Part shown: in pieces, positions 9,501 to 16,526 of the stretch
Position numbering within the stretch: position 1 is the first letter of the stretch
Layout of the letters: the number at the start of each line of letters is the position of its first letter
Assembly: GCA_964628585.1 (NCBI GenBank)
Contig: CAZVMH010000005.1
Coordinates: forward strand, 2,491-66,490
Direction: 5' to 3'
DNA: 64,000 bases
From: an uncultured Candidatus Saccharibacteria bacterium
Lineage (GTDB): Bacteria > Patescibacteriota > UBA1384 > XYA2-FULL-43-10 > 1-14-0-10-43-13
The notes under the pieces: generated by a model
What the model was told of the DNA's origin: nothing
What the model saw: the letters and a program-made list of their open reading frames with translations, nothing else
Database searches by the model: none
Program-made: the position numbers and the translations under genes

Positions 9501-9950
9501 AAGATTACTGGGGGCAGCAGGAGGGCCACTAAGAGTTGTGGCGTAAGCCAGATTAGAATAGAAGGAATAGACCATATCAGCATTGAAAGCTCTGACACGA
9601 TAGAAATACCTAGTGTAATTTGCTAAGCCAGTGTCTTGAAAAGCTGTTGTATTAGCGGGTTGGGTAAATGTTGTCCAGGGGCCGTAGCTAGATGTTCCCC
9701 TTGCAACCTCAAAACCGGCTTCATCATTAGCATTATCAGTCCAAGTGAGATTAATTTGGCTGGGAGAAACGGCTGTAGCCGTCAGACCAGATGGAGCAGA
9801 GGGCGCTTGGGCCCTGACAATTAAGATACCAATAAACAAGACCGCCAAAGCCACACCGACACCGATTAAAACGCCGGTGAGAGTAAACCTGCGTTTGGGT
9901 TTAGGCGGGGTTTGGGGTTTGCTGGCAGTATTATTTAGAGCACTAGCCAC
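6543..9950 (-). CDS. Giant cell-surface protein, paralog C (1135 aa). Domains: TM signal anchor, four or more Fn3 repeats, LVIVD-like beta-propeller, C-terminal DUF11-like module.
   Basis: N-terminus KPKRRFTLTGVLIGVGVALAVLFIGILIV is almost identical to paralog B. Fn3 motifs (QINLTWTDNANDEAGFEVARG; EINVSWTNNAPVVDWFIINRSGG; KIKLTWQDNSDNETRFELRQG). Shared conserved C-terminus. Confidence 0.85.
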   Translation of the reverse strand: MASALNNTASKPQTPPKPKRRFTLTGVLIGVGVALAVLFIGILIVRAQAPSAPSGLTATAVSPSQINLTWTDNANDEAGFEVARGTSSYGPWTTFTQPANTTAFQDTGLANYTRYFYRVRAFNADMVYSFYSNLAYATTLSGPPAAPSNLTATAVSQTEINVSWTNNAPVVDWFIINRSGGPYSDIKTWIPSPRTSYTETNLLPNTTYTFSICATNSYGETCSTETASATTFSPPPPDPPPAMPTNLEANIQEVTKIKLTWQDNSDNETRFELRQGEDPNTLNLLPALPANATTYTTNNLTENKTYYFNIKACNADGCSDSPTIAQATTNTFPPTNLTATAATDSLKINLAWQDHTTIETNYIVEKSPGDDQHFTILATLPANTVTYTDTTDLVADTTYYYKVRGKLNDTTFTDYTNTVFATPTYKYTGVNPGWIGKTPSMGSTKYTAMSNDGHYTYVGSSTGLQIVDISDPTNPLLTSRINVDTGKEIFDIKVDEKGYIYYGENKKLKIANINDPKRPIAVSELELTDYVNGLFYLDEKIYIANYSVGLRIVDVSNRSIPRLLDTTIDTPGQASSVAVLGDTAVVADGTEGVAIIDLKSAQHLSSIPITDTASIVRNVTIAENGRAYIPAGYAGLLEIDFSTPSIPILISTSLQRDYAIGVSTSGNRIYVANLSRANTHNGLQIFDVTQRNPDNSLKEIAFMLNAGNNYGGVSSFGGIVSVASGNLYGLAIFDTNDLTNTWAIAYIPTINIPSGKIVTSGNHLYTFSNSGIQDYLYIYDISDPKYPEQVGALKLTSPIALEITGNYVVVSDDKYIRLVDVSNPRIPTIISGIEMPDYVLDVSIKDNKIYAACYEAGLVIVDMNNVLSLKKLGSYNTPGQVFGVALNGTTAVIADGTAGITLLNVSNANALTWIKTIATTQTTHDVAVGANNYAYVAAFNQGTLIVNLTTNPFNASIVREVIPRDMAYSVFLQNNLVYIANYSWNFFNNGLQIIDISNPTMATEKAFLQSSFHAMAATANGRYAYITDEKYLVEVADLYYDYLKVEQTSSCGGTEGCTSANHGQEITYTLKITNPTPYTFTGNNNILSNEIPDGTTYVQGSVTGGGQYGSGKITWNLGQVNPNEEREVSFKVTVN

Positions 9951-10260
9951 ATATCCTCCTTATTTATATAATAAGCCAATAAATATTAATAAATATGTTA
10001 ATATTTTCCTTAATTTAATTATAAACTAAATTCAATTTTATTAAAAATATAAATTTTTTAATCTAACCATGATTTATTAAAAAATAAAATCACACAATAG
10101 ATGCCGATAAACAAAAAAGTTTTAGGATGACCCATTAATAAAATCATTCACTTTATAAATGTCTTTTTTGTATAATGGTGATATAATAGTACAAATGAAG
10201 GTAGTATGAGCGAAAAATTATTGTTAATAGTCTTAATTTGTAAATTATTAAGGAGATTAA

Positions 10261-10479
10261 ATGTTCCCAAAAAATCCAAAGGAGGTCTCTTTTTATGGCG
10301 TAGGCGTTGTTATTATTTTGATCGGAGCTGTAATTTTTGCTTATGGAGGAGTAACTTGGCTTTTTAACGTCTTCCGAGATACCAACTTCTCTATGCCATC
10401 TGGAAAAATAATTGGTGGTTTGGTTGTAATAGCTCTTGGCTATATTCAGATCGAGCTAGAACTAATGCGACGAGGATAA
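10261..10479 (+). CDS. Small membrane protein (72 aa, two predicted TM helices).
   Basis: Strong SD (ttAAGGAGAttaaATG) 8 nt upstream. Hydrophobic segments VGVVIILIGAVIFAYGG and IIGGLVVIALGYI. Extended -10 (TGtATAAT) at about 10160-10168. Confidence 0.5.
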   Translation: MFPKNPKEVSFYGVGVVIILIGAVIFAYGGVTWLFNVFRDTNFSMPSGKIIGGLVVIALGYIQIELELMRRG

Positions 10480-10507
10480 TATCTTAAATCAGTCTCGATA
10501 AAAAAAT

Positions 10508-10530
10508 CGTCGCCCCCTAGTGGGGCGACG
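10508..10530 (-). terminator. Rho-independent terminator for the minus-strand gene 10555-11052. It has a 9-bp GC stem (cgtcgcccc/ggggcgacg) and a 5-nt loop, followed by a T7 run on the minus strand. On the plus strand it is a hairpin without a T-run.
   Basis: Sequence aaaaaaaTCGTCGCCCCctagtGGGGCGACGgcg read directly. The A7 on the plus strand equals a T7 immediately 3' of the stem on the minus strand. Confidence 0.7.
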
Positions 10531-10554
10531 GCGATTGTCGAGTTGGGCCAACGA

Positions 10555-11052
10555 CTATGATGATAATGCAGTAAGCGCCGGTTTGTTGGAGAGCGAACAA
10601 ACCGCTTCAGAGAGAAGCCCTCCGCAATTGCTTCTCTCTAGATAAATCTCGAACAGTACTTTGTCGAAGCTACCATAACGACGCATCAATGTCTCAATCT
10701 GAGCCATCAACATGCTCAGCTCTTCAAGCCCGACATAGTCTGTAGATATCACGCCGTCACAGTCTAGGCCAGACCCACATGCTGCAAACGTTATGACCTT
10801 GGTGAAACGTTTGCAAAACTCGACTGACCATCTCTCCCCCCCTGAAGAAAGGAGTATGATCCATGGCCTGTGCATCTTGAGAGCCCTTTGTGTCTCAAAT
10901 TCGTTATCGCAGATTACAACCTTGAAGAGTGGGGCGTTTAGACTTTCTTCTGCCCAACCAAGCTGGTGTAGCCAATTGATATTCTCCCCCACAATCAACA
11001 GTGAGGGTCGAATAGTTCGACTAGCCAACATTCCCTTCATCCAATCGCTCAT
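10555..11052 (-). CDS. Hypothetical protein (165 aa) with compositionally atypical, higher-GC coding DNA. No confident family assignment; possibly a receiver-like or Rossmann-like fold.
   Basis: ORF is bounded by two strong intrinsic terminators. GC is about 45-47% versus about 33% in the surroundings. Motifs LLIVGENINW and PWIILLSSGGERW are only weakly reminiscent of CheY-like folds. Confidence 0.45.
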   Translation of the reverse strand: MSDWMKGMLASRTIRPSLLIVGENINWLHQLGWAEESLNAPLFKVVICDNEFETQRALKMHRPWIILLSSGGERWSVEFCKRFTKVITFAACGSGLDCDGVISTDYVGLEELSMLMAQIETLMRRYGSFDKVLFEIYLERSNCGGLLSEAVCSLSNKPALTALSS

Positions 11053-11152
11053 TCCTAACCTCCCACGAAGTATGACTTAGTCATAAGATACCACTTTTAT
11101 ACACTTATGTCTAATGTAAAATTTCTGTTTGTTGACAAAATTAAAAATAAAA

Positions 11153-11176
11153 CAGCCCGCGAGTCGGGACTGTTTT
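11153..11176 (-). terminator. Rho-independent terminator (stem acag-cccg/cggg-a-ctgt with a 1-nt bulge, loop cgagt) flanked by A-runs and T-runs on both strands. It serves the minus-strand gene 11192-11683.
   Basis: aaaataaaACAGCCCGcgagtCGGGACTGTtttattttt read directly. Symmetric A/T flanks. Confidence 0.65.
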
Positions 11177-11191
11177 ATTTTTAATTAATAT

Positions 11192-11683
11192 TTAGTTATC
11201 GCAACAATCGCCCGGACCAGGCCCACGGCCTCTTGCTTCACCTTTTCCGCCAAAACCCACTCCTCCCACTCCATAACTTTTCAATTTTGAAAAATCTATT
11301 CCACTTTCATCCTGCCATTTTTGATCCGCAGTGCGCTCTTCTTGCTCCCGTTTTTGAATTTCCTCTCTTTTTTGAACTAAGGTTTGTTTTTGTTCGGCAG
11401 TTATTGCTCCTTCACTGACTGCTTTATCTAAATTTGCATTAACTTGTTCTTGAGCTTGTGTTCGCTTCTCTTCACGGACTTGATTCATGGCTGTTGTTAT
11501 CTGCTCCTCTGAAACATTTAACTTTTTGGCCAAGTTCTGTGCCATCTCACCCTTACCATTTTCATACCCTGCCTTTACAATTCTGCTATTCCATAAAACT
11601 GCTCCACCAGCCATCAATCCTAAAACAATTAATGGGTATATTAAAAATTTAATTTTTTTATTCATTTCCTCACCTCCTTTCAA
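11192..11683 (-). CDS. Secreted or membrane-anchored coiled-coil protein (163 aa) with a Gln/Glu/Lys-rich helical region and a Gly-rich C-terminus ending GPGPGDCCDN.
   Basis: N-terminal signal/TM (KIKFLIYPLIVLGLMAGGAVLW). Long charged helical segment (EEQITTAMNQVREEKRTQAQEQVNANLDKA...). Gly-rich tail GVGGVGFGGKGEARGRGPGPGDCC. SD GGAGGtgaggaaATGa. Located immediately downstream of the two-component system. Confidence 0.55.
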   Translation of the reverse strand: MKGGEEMNKKIKFLIYPLIVLGLMAGGAVLWNSRIVKAGYENGKGEMAQNLAKKLNVSEEQITTAMNQVREEKRTQAQEQVNANLDKAVSEGAITAEQKQTLVQKREEIQKREQEERTADQKWQDESGIDFSKLKSYGVGGVGFGGKGEARGRGPGPGDCCDN

Positions 11684-11750
11684 ATTAATTAAGATATTTC
11701 TATCCTAACTAGTTGAGCTGAGAAAATGCTTAATGAAATAATTTGATTAT

Positions 11751-12761
11751 TTAATTCATGGGAAAATGAATTATAAATTCGCTTCCTTTTCCCGGTTTTG
11801 AGTCAACTGATATTTGACCCCTATGAAGTTCAACAATACTTTTAGCAATTGAGAGTCCCAAACCGTAACCATCAATTTTCTCCTTAGAACGAGAAGTATC
11901 TGCTCTGTAGAAACGATTAAAAACGAAAGGAAGATCAGAGGATTTTATGCCGAGACCATTATCTTTAATTTTTACAATTATATCTTTCTTTTCTTCTGAC
12001 ATATTTATCCATATTCTTGAATTACTCGGACTATATTTAATAGCATTATCCAAAAGTATCACGAATAGTTCAACTAGACTCTGATAATCTCCTTTGATTG
12101 AGATGTTTTTAAATTCATTTTTAAATTCAATTGATTTTTTTTCTGCCAGACATGCAACTTTTTCATAGGAGTCAATAATAATGTCTTCCAAAGCGACCGT
12201 CTTGAAAATAACAGTTTTGTCATCATCGAATTTAGCTAATTTAAGAAGAGCGCTGGCAAGTGATTCCAATTTTGAAACCTCCTCTAGGTTACTATTTAGA
12301 AGTTTTTTAGCTTCACTCAAATTTAAATTTTTATCCTTTAAATTAACTTCTATTTCAGTACGAAGCGCGGTAAGGGGAGTACGAAGTTCATGCGAAGCGT
12401 CTGCTGTAAATCTGTTTTGAGCGTCCATTGTTTCCTCAATCGGTTTAAGAGTTTTTCGGGCCAAAAAATATCCCGCTACAGATGAAAGAATTAATATCAG
12501 TAAATTATAATAGATCAAATTGTTACGAAGGTTGTTGTTACTCTCATTAATTTGGTCTGTTCTTAACTGTTCCAAAATAGACGCCCTATCGGAAAAGCCC
12601 TGAATATTAATATCACGTAATGCACCAGCCTGTCTTCCCAAACCTCTTCCAAGCTCATTAGATGAAATCTGAAAAATTGCAATACTAAAAATTATACTAA
12701 TCGACATCGCAATCAGAACATAGAATAACGTCAATTTTAGGTGAGCAGTTTTAAAATGCAT
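11751..12761 (-). CDS. Sensor histidine kinase (HisKA plus HATPase_c) with an N-terminal two-TM sensor region.
   Basis: H-box ADASHELRTPLTALRTEIEV. N/G boxes ILLDNAIKYS, KDNGLGIKSSDLPFVFNRFYRAD, GYGLGLSIAKSIVELHRGQISV. Two N-terminal hydrophobic helices. Confidence 0.9.
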   Translation of the reverse strand: MHFKTAHLKLTLFYVLIAMSISIIFSIAIFQISSNELGRGLGRQAGALRDINIQGFSDRASILEQLRTDQINESNNNLRNNLIYYNLLILILSSVAGYFLARKTLKPIEETMDAQNRFTADASHELRTPLTALRTEIEVNLKDKNLNLSEAKKLLNSNLEEVSKLESLASALLKLAKFDDDKTVIFKTVALEDIIIDSYEKVACLAEKKSIEFKNEFKNISIKGDYQSLVELFVILLDNAIKYSPSNSRIWINMSEEKKDIIVKIKDNGLGIKSSDLPFVFNRFYRADTSRSKEKIDGYGLGLSIAKSIVELHRGQISVDSKPGKGSEFIIHFPMN

Positions 12762-12833
12762 TGTTTGATTGAAATTAAGAAATATAAATTATGGACTATA
12801 CAATACTTCTGTGATTCTTATATTATTTATGAT

Positions 12834-13526
12834 TCATTCGGATATTTTGTACCCGAAACCTCTTATTGTCTTGATTATCTCTGGTTTCCCTTTAAACCTA
12901 TCGATTTTTTTGCGCAGATAACCGATATAAACCTCGACTGTGTTAGGAAGAATATCTGCATCGTAATCCCAAACATGAGAAATAATGTTATCTTTGGTCA
13001 GTATACGGCGGGGATTGCGCATTAAATATTCTAACAACGAAAACTCTTTATTTGAAAGTAGAATTTTCTTATTACCCCTGTAGACTTCAAATGTTAAGCT
13101 ATTTAGACTTAAATCTCCATATTTCAAAATATTGTCCATTGCTTTAGATGGCCTTCGCAGAAGAGCTCTTATCCGAGCCAAGAGCTCCTCAAAAGCAAAT
13201 GGCTTAACTAAGTAATCATCGGCTCCTGCATTTAAGCCCTCAACTCGATCCCTAATTTTATCTTTTGCAGTTAAAATTATAACCGGAATATTTATCTTTT
13301 TATTTCTTAAGACACCGCATATTTTAATACCATCAATCCCAGGCAACATTCTATCAAGTATGATAAGATCATACTCACAGGTCAGGGCAAACCCTATTCC
13401 GTCTTGACCGTCATATGACACATCAACAGCAAAAGATTCCTGTTCTAAGCCCTTTTTGATTGCATTTGCAATCTTGTGATCGTCTTCTACTATAAGGATT
13501 CTCATGGCATTCACCCTTATTAACAA
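12834..13526 (-). CDS. OmpR/PhoB-family response regulator (receiver plus winged-helix DNA-binding domain).
   Basis: MRILIVEDDHKIANAIKKGL...LILDRMLPGIDGIKIC (receiver, Asp pocket). C-terminal LTFEVYRGNKKILLSNKEFSLLEYLMRNPRRILTKDNIISHVWDYD...TVEVYIGYLRKKI (trans_reg_C). Confidence 0.92.
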   Translation of the reverse strand: MLIRVNAMRILIVEDDHKIANAIKKGLEQESFAVDVSYDGQDGIGFALTCEYDLIILDRMLPGIDGIKICGVLRNKKINIPVIILTAKDKIRDRVEGLNAGADDYLVKPFAFEELLARIRALLRRPSKAMDNILKYGDLSLNSLTFEVYRGNKKILLSNKEFSLLEYLMRNPRRILTKDNIISHVWDYDADILPNTVEVYIGYLRKKIDRFKGKPEIIKTIRGFGYKISE

Positions 13527-13696
13527 ACAATATTTAGCAGATCCTTGTCCCGCCCCTAACGAAGCTTTAGCGAAGTGGGGTGATCGTCTTCGATTATAAG
13601 TATTCTCATAGTTTATAGATTATAGCATAAAACTTAAAACAAACTGAGAATATTTATGTTCTTATTTCTAGAGAATATTTTTTAACTTAATGGTGT

Positions 13697-14644
13697 TTAT
13701 TTTTTTGCTTCTAGGTAACCCAATGTAAGTACGCTCGAAGAAAAGGCCTGATAAGCACCACTCAAGACAATTAGGACGGCAATTAATACTAATGCTAAAA
13801 GTCCACCAATGATATAGCCAATAACAGGAGTTACTAAGTAAAATAGATATCCAATTAAGAAAATTATTAATCCTGGAACGACCAGCAAGATCATCATCGC
13901 AAAAGCAAAAGCCAAATTAAAGCCAAAAATTATTAAGAACAAAATGACAAAATTTGACCAATTTGCATTAAAAATTTTATAACCTGCCTTTAATGCTTCG
14001 TATGGTTTGTGTTGGTTCAAAAAGAGTGCTCTTTCGGCTACTGGCACTATTAAACACAGATAAATAATACCGACAATGAATATCAAAAAGGCCAATACCC
14101 CAAAAATAATTGCTGGAATTATCAATCCTGCAATTCCAAATATTATTGTGGGCAGAGCCAATACGAAGATTGAAAGCATTACAAAAATAAACAGCAAAAG
14201 TCCAAAGCTTAATCGGCGCCAAAAGAATCGGTGGCCCTTGCCCCATGCATCCTTAAAGTTACTTTCTTTCCCTGCTGCTAAATCGGCCACTGATAAAACA
14301 ATAGCCCCCATAGCTGTAACTGAAACATAAATTAAAGCTAGAACAATCAACACTACAAAAAGAATAATTAAACCTAAAGTAACAAGCTCAGGAATGGAAG
14401 GAGGTGTTTTTACAGGAGAAAGAGCTTGTGCTTTTGATGTGAAAAAGTTTAATGCTGATTCTGAAGTTGCTGGCAAATGAAACATTTCTTTGGCCTTGTC
14501 CATATCAAAATCATCCGAATTTGAACTGTAGCTCATAGCATTACTGCCAAAACTGGCACCGCCAATAAAAAGACCGAGTAACCACAAAAATTTGTGTCTA
14601 ATCGTTATTCTGAATGAGTCTTTAATAATCCTTGAAAAATTCAT
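13697..14644 (-). CDS. Polytopic integral membrane protein (315 aa, about 6-7 TM) of unknown function.
   Basis: Multiple long hydrophobic helices (LVTLGLIILFVVLIVLALIYV; LLLFIFVMLSIFVLALPTIIFGIAGLIIPAIIFGVLAFLIF; LFLIIFGFNLAFAFAMMILLVVPGLIIFLIGYLFYLV). Confidence 0.65.
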   Translation of the reverse strand: MNFSRIIKDSFRITIRHKFLWLLGLFIGGASFGSNAMSYSSNSDDFDMDKAKEMFHLPATSESALNFFTSKAQALSPVKTPPSIPELVTLGLIILFVVLIVLALIYVSVTAMGAIVLSVADLAAGKESNFKDAWGKGHRFFWRRLSFGLLLFIFVMLSIFVLALPTIIFGIAGLIIPAIIFGVLAFLIFIVGIIYLCLIVPVAERALFLNQHKPYEALKAGYKIFNANWSNFVILFLIIFGFNLAFAFAMMILLVVPGLIIFLIGYLFYLVTPVIGYIIGGLLALVLIAVLIVLSGAYQAFSSSVLTLGYLEAKK

Positions 14645-14769
14645 CTTCCCTGAAAATTATTTTCTTGTCTTTGAGGTTGATTTGCGGTTTTATTTTCTAA
14701 AGCAAAGACGCCATATACAGCAAAACCGATTGCCAAGACTGCGAGAATAGAAATGATTATTTTTTTCAT
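14641..14769 (-). CDS. Small ORF (about 42 aa) encoding a signal-peptide-like hydrophobic peptide (MKKIIISILAVLAIGFAVYGVFA...). Its TGA overlaps the ATG of the downstream membrane-protein gene (ATGA).
   Basis: Manual translation of the reverse complement. The stop/start overlap suggests translational coupling. Too short for the ORF track. The exact frame at the 3' end is uncertain by hand. Confidence 0.3.
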   Translation of the reverse strand: MKKIIISILAVLAIGFAVYGVFALENKTANQPQRQENNFQGR

Positions 14770-14783
14770 TTCAAGATGTTTAG

Positions 14784-15794
14784 CTATTTAACAAATTTAA
14801 TGATTAAGCTATCCTTTTTAAGGCCGGCAAGCCAATCAGTAAAGTTATTGTCAATTTTGCCCGTGCGTTCTTCAACTTTGATTATATGCCAACCAAAACT
14901 TGTTTTGACTGGATCTGAAACTTTTCCTACTTCGGCCGAAAAAGCAACATTAGAAAATTCTTCTACCATTTCACCCTTAGCGAAAGATTCTAGCAATCCA
15001 CCATTTTCAGCGCTACCGGTGTCCTCTGAATACTTTTTGGCTGCTTCTGAAAAATCTAAACCATTCTGAATTTCTGTTTTTATACCTTCAATTTTTGTCT
15101 TTGTTTCGGCAACTTTTTCTGGCACAACATTTTCATCTGCCCGGACTAAAATGTGTCTGGCTGTGACTCGCATTATCAATTTTTTATTAATATTGTCTCT
15201 TAATATTTGAGTCCTAATTAATTTCTTAAATTGTTCAATATTCAGACCGTAAAGATCACTCAGAACTTTTTCTACCTGATCCTGACCACCGTTTTGTTCA
15301 ATAATTTGATCAAGTGTCGAATTAACCTCAACTTTGCTTACTTTTTCGCCATATAGAAATGCCTGCAACGAAAGAAGCTTATTTTCTGCTAATTGATTAA
15401 TTATTTCAGCATCGATTGCTTTGTAATCTAGATCGGCCTGACCTGTTGAGTTGTAAAAATGATGGATATAATCCCGCTCTCTTAAGTATTCATTATATGA
15501 GATAAAGCTCTGATTCACTACCGCGGCTGGATAGGGGACAACCTTGGCCGCAATTCTAGTGACTTTATCAGTTGAGTGAAAACCATAAATTAGAACGGCA
15601 AAAACCAGCTCAATAATTCCAATAATAAAACCGACAAAAACAATTACTTTTATCCCTTTAGACGAAACAAGAAATCGTGATACGGGATTCCCTTTTAAAA
15701 ATTTTAGGGTGGCGTTTAATGCAATGCCGATTTTATTTCCAATCAGAATTAAGAATTTTTTGATTGCGATTAAAATTTCGATTACTTTTTTCAT
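14784..15794 (-). CDS. Membrane-anchored parvulin-type peptidyl-prolyl cis-trans isomerase (PpiC/PrsA/SurA-like foldase).
   Basis: N-terminal TM (VIVFVGFIIGIIELVFAVLIYGF). Rotamase domain ARHILVRADE...IQNGLDFSEAAKKYSEDTGSAENGGLLESFAKGEMVEEFSNVAFSAEVGKVSDPVKTSFGWHIIKVEE. Confidence 0.8.
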   Translation of the reverse strand: MKKVIEILIAIKKFLILIGNKIGIALNATLKFLKGNPVSRFLVSSKGIKVIVFVGFIIGIIELVFAVLIYGFHSTDKVTRIAAKVVPYPAAVVNQSFISYNEYLRERDYIHHFYNSTGQADLDYKAIDAEIINQLAENKLLSLQAFLYGEKVSKVEVNSTLDQIIEQNGGQDQVEKVLSDLYGLNIEQFKKLIRTQILRDNINKKLIMRVTARHILVRADENVVPEKVAETKTKIEGIKTEIQNGLDFSEAAKKYSEDTGSAENGGLLESFAKGEMVEEFSNVAFSAEVGKVSDPVKTSFGWHIIKVEERTGKIDNNFTDWLAGLKKDSLIIKFVK

Positions 15795-15850
15795 GTTTTC
15801 CTATTATTAAATGTTATTACATTTCACTATATATATAAATTATAAAAAAT

Positions 15851-16414
15851 TCAAATTCCCCAGATTGAAGTTGAAAAAATTATCAAAATGGTTGCACTAA
15901 AAAGAATGATGTAGCTCAAAAAATTTTTATCTTCATGCTTTGCTAGCACAGTATAACAGAAACCAATAAAAATGTAAGAGACAGCCGCTATTATCATACT
16001 TTTGCTTATTGGGCTAATTAAAAAATAATTAAGCGCTAAAAATACTTCAAGTGTAATTATACTAAATAATAAAAGATAAATAAGGCGCTGATTCCCTAAA
16101 ATTCCAATTTTTTGTTCAGTATAGACGAAAAGATAACCAAAGATAACCAAAATAATCAACATTACAAACCAAAGCGGTAGCCCAAATTGGAAGAGAAAAC
16201 CAAAAAGGCTATAGGAGACTAAAAAAGAGGAAATTATTAGTAAAATTATTGGAGCAACTTCGTAAATTATCAAAAAAAAACAAACTAGTGCCAAAACAGA
16301 GATAGCTATTTTAGAATATATGGCCTGATTAATAAGCCAAAAAGAAATGATACCCCAGGCAATAATTAAGGAAAGAAGTAGTTTTCTATTAAGTTTATTA
16401 TACAAAAAAGCCAT
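15851..16414 (-). CDS. Integral membrane protein (187 aa, about 6 TM), unknown function.
   Basis: Almost entirely hydrophobic helices. No recognisable catalytic motif. Confidence 0.55.
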   Translation of the reverse strand: MAFLYNKLNRKLLLSLIIAWGIISFWLINQAIYSKIAISVLALVCFFLIIYEVAPIILLIISSFLVSYSLFGFLFQFGLPLWFVMLIILVIFGYLFVYTEQKIGILGNQRLIYLLLFSIITLEVFLALNYFLISPISKSMIIAAVSYIFIGFCYTVLAKHEDKNFLSYIILFSATILIIFSTSIWGI

Positions 16415-16526
16415 ATTGGGTTATTTGTCATTTACCATATTTTCCCGAAGGGACCACCTTGAGGCATATCTCATTTATATATCAAATGATTAAATATATG
16501 ACATATGATATATGAGCTATGAACTA

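Noticed and set aside
2345-9598. Numerous 60-136-aa ORFs on the plus strand or in other minus frames inside the giant genes (e.g. 2345-2599, 2529-2810, 5129-5401, 5716-6039, 8519-8773, 8832-9089, 9188-9598)
   Set aside because: They are antisense or out-of-frame shadow ORFs embedded in long, well-supported coding sequence. Their mutual similarity simply mirrors the repeated DNA of the paralogs.
228-9950. Diversity-generating retroelement (DGR) targeting the C-termini of the giant surface proteins
   Set aside because: No reverse transcriptase, template repeat or accessory gene is present in the window. Paralog differences are not concentrated at adenine-templated positions, and the extreme C-terminal module is the most conserved part rather than the variable part.
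3053-9950. Type IV pilin / class III signal peptide at the N-termini of paralogs B and C (KRKFTLTGVLIGV...)
   Set aside because: It superficially resembles the G|FTLIE prepilin motif. However there is no Gly at -1 and no Glu at +5, and the proteins are over 1100 aa, so a signal anchor is the simpler reading.
10793-11080. 95-aa plus-strand ORF
   Set aside because: Antisense to the better-supported minus-strand gene 10555-11052. No RBS.
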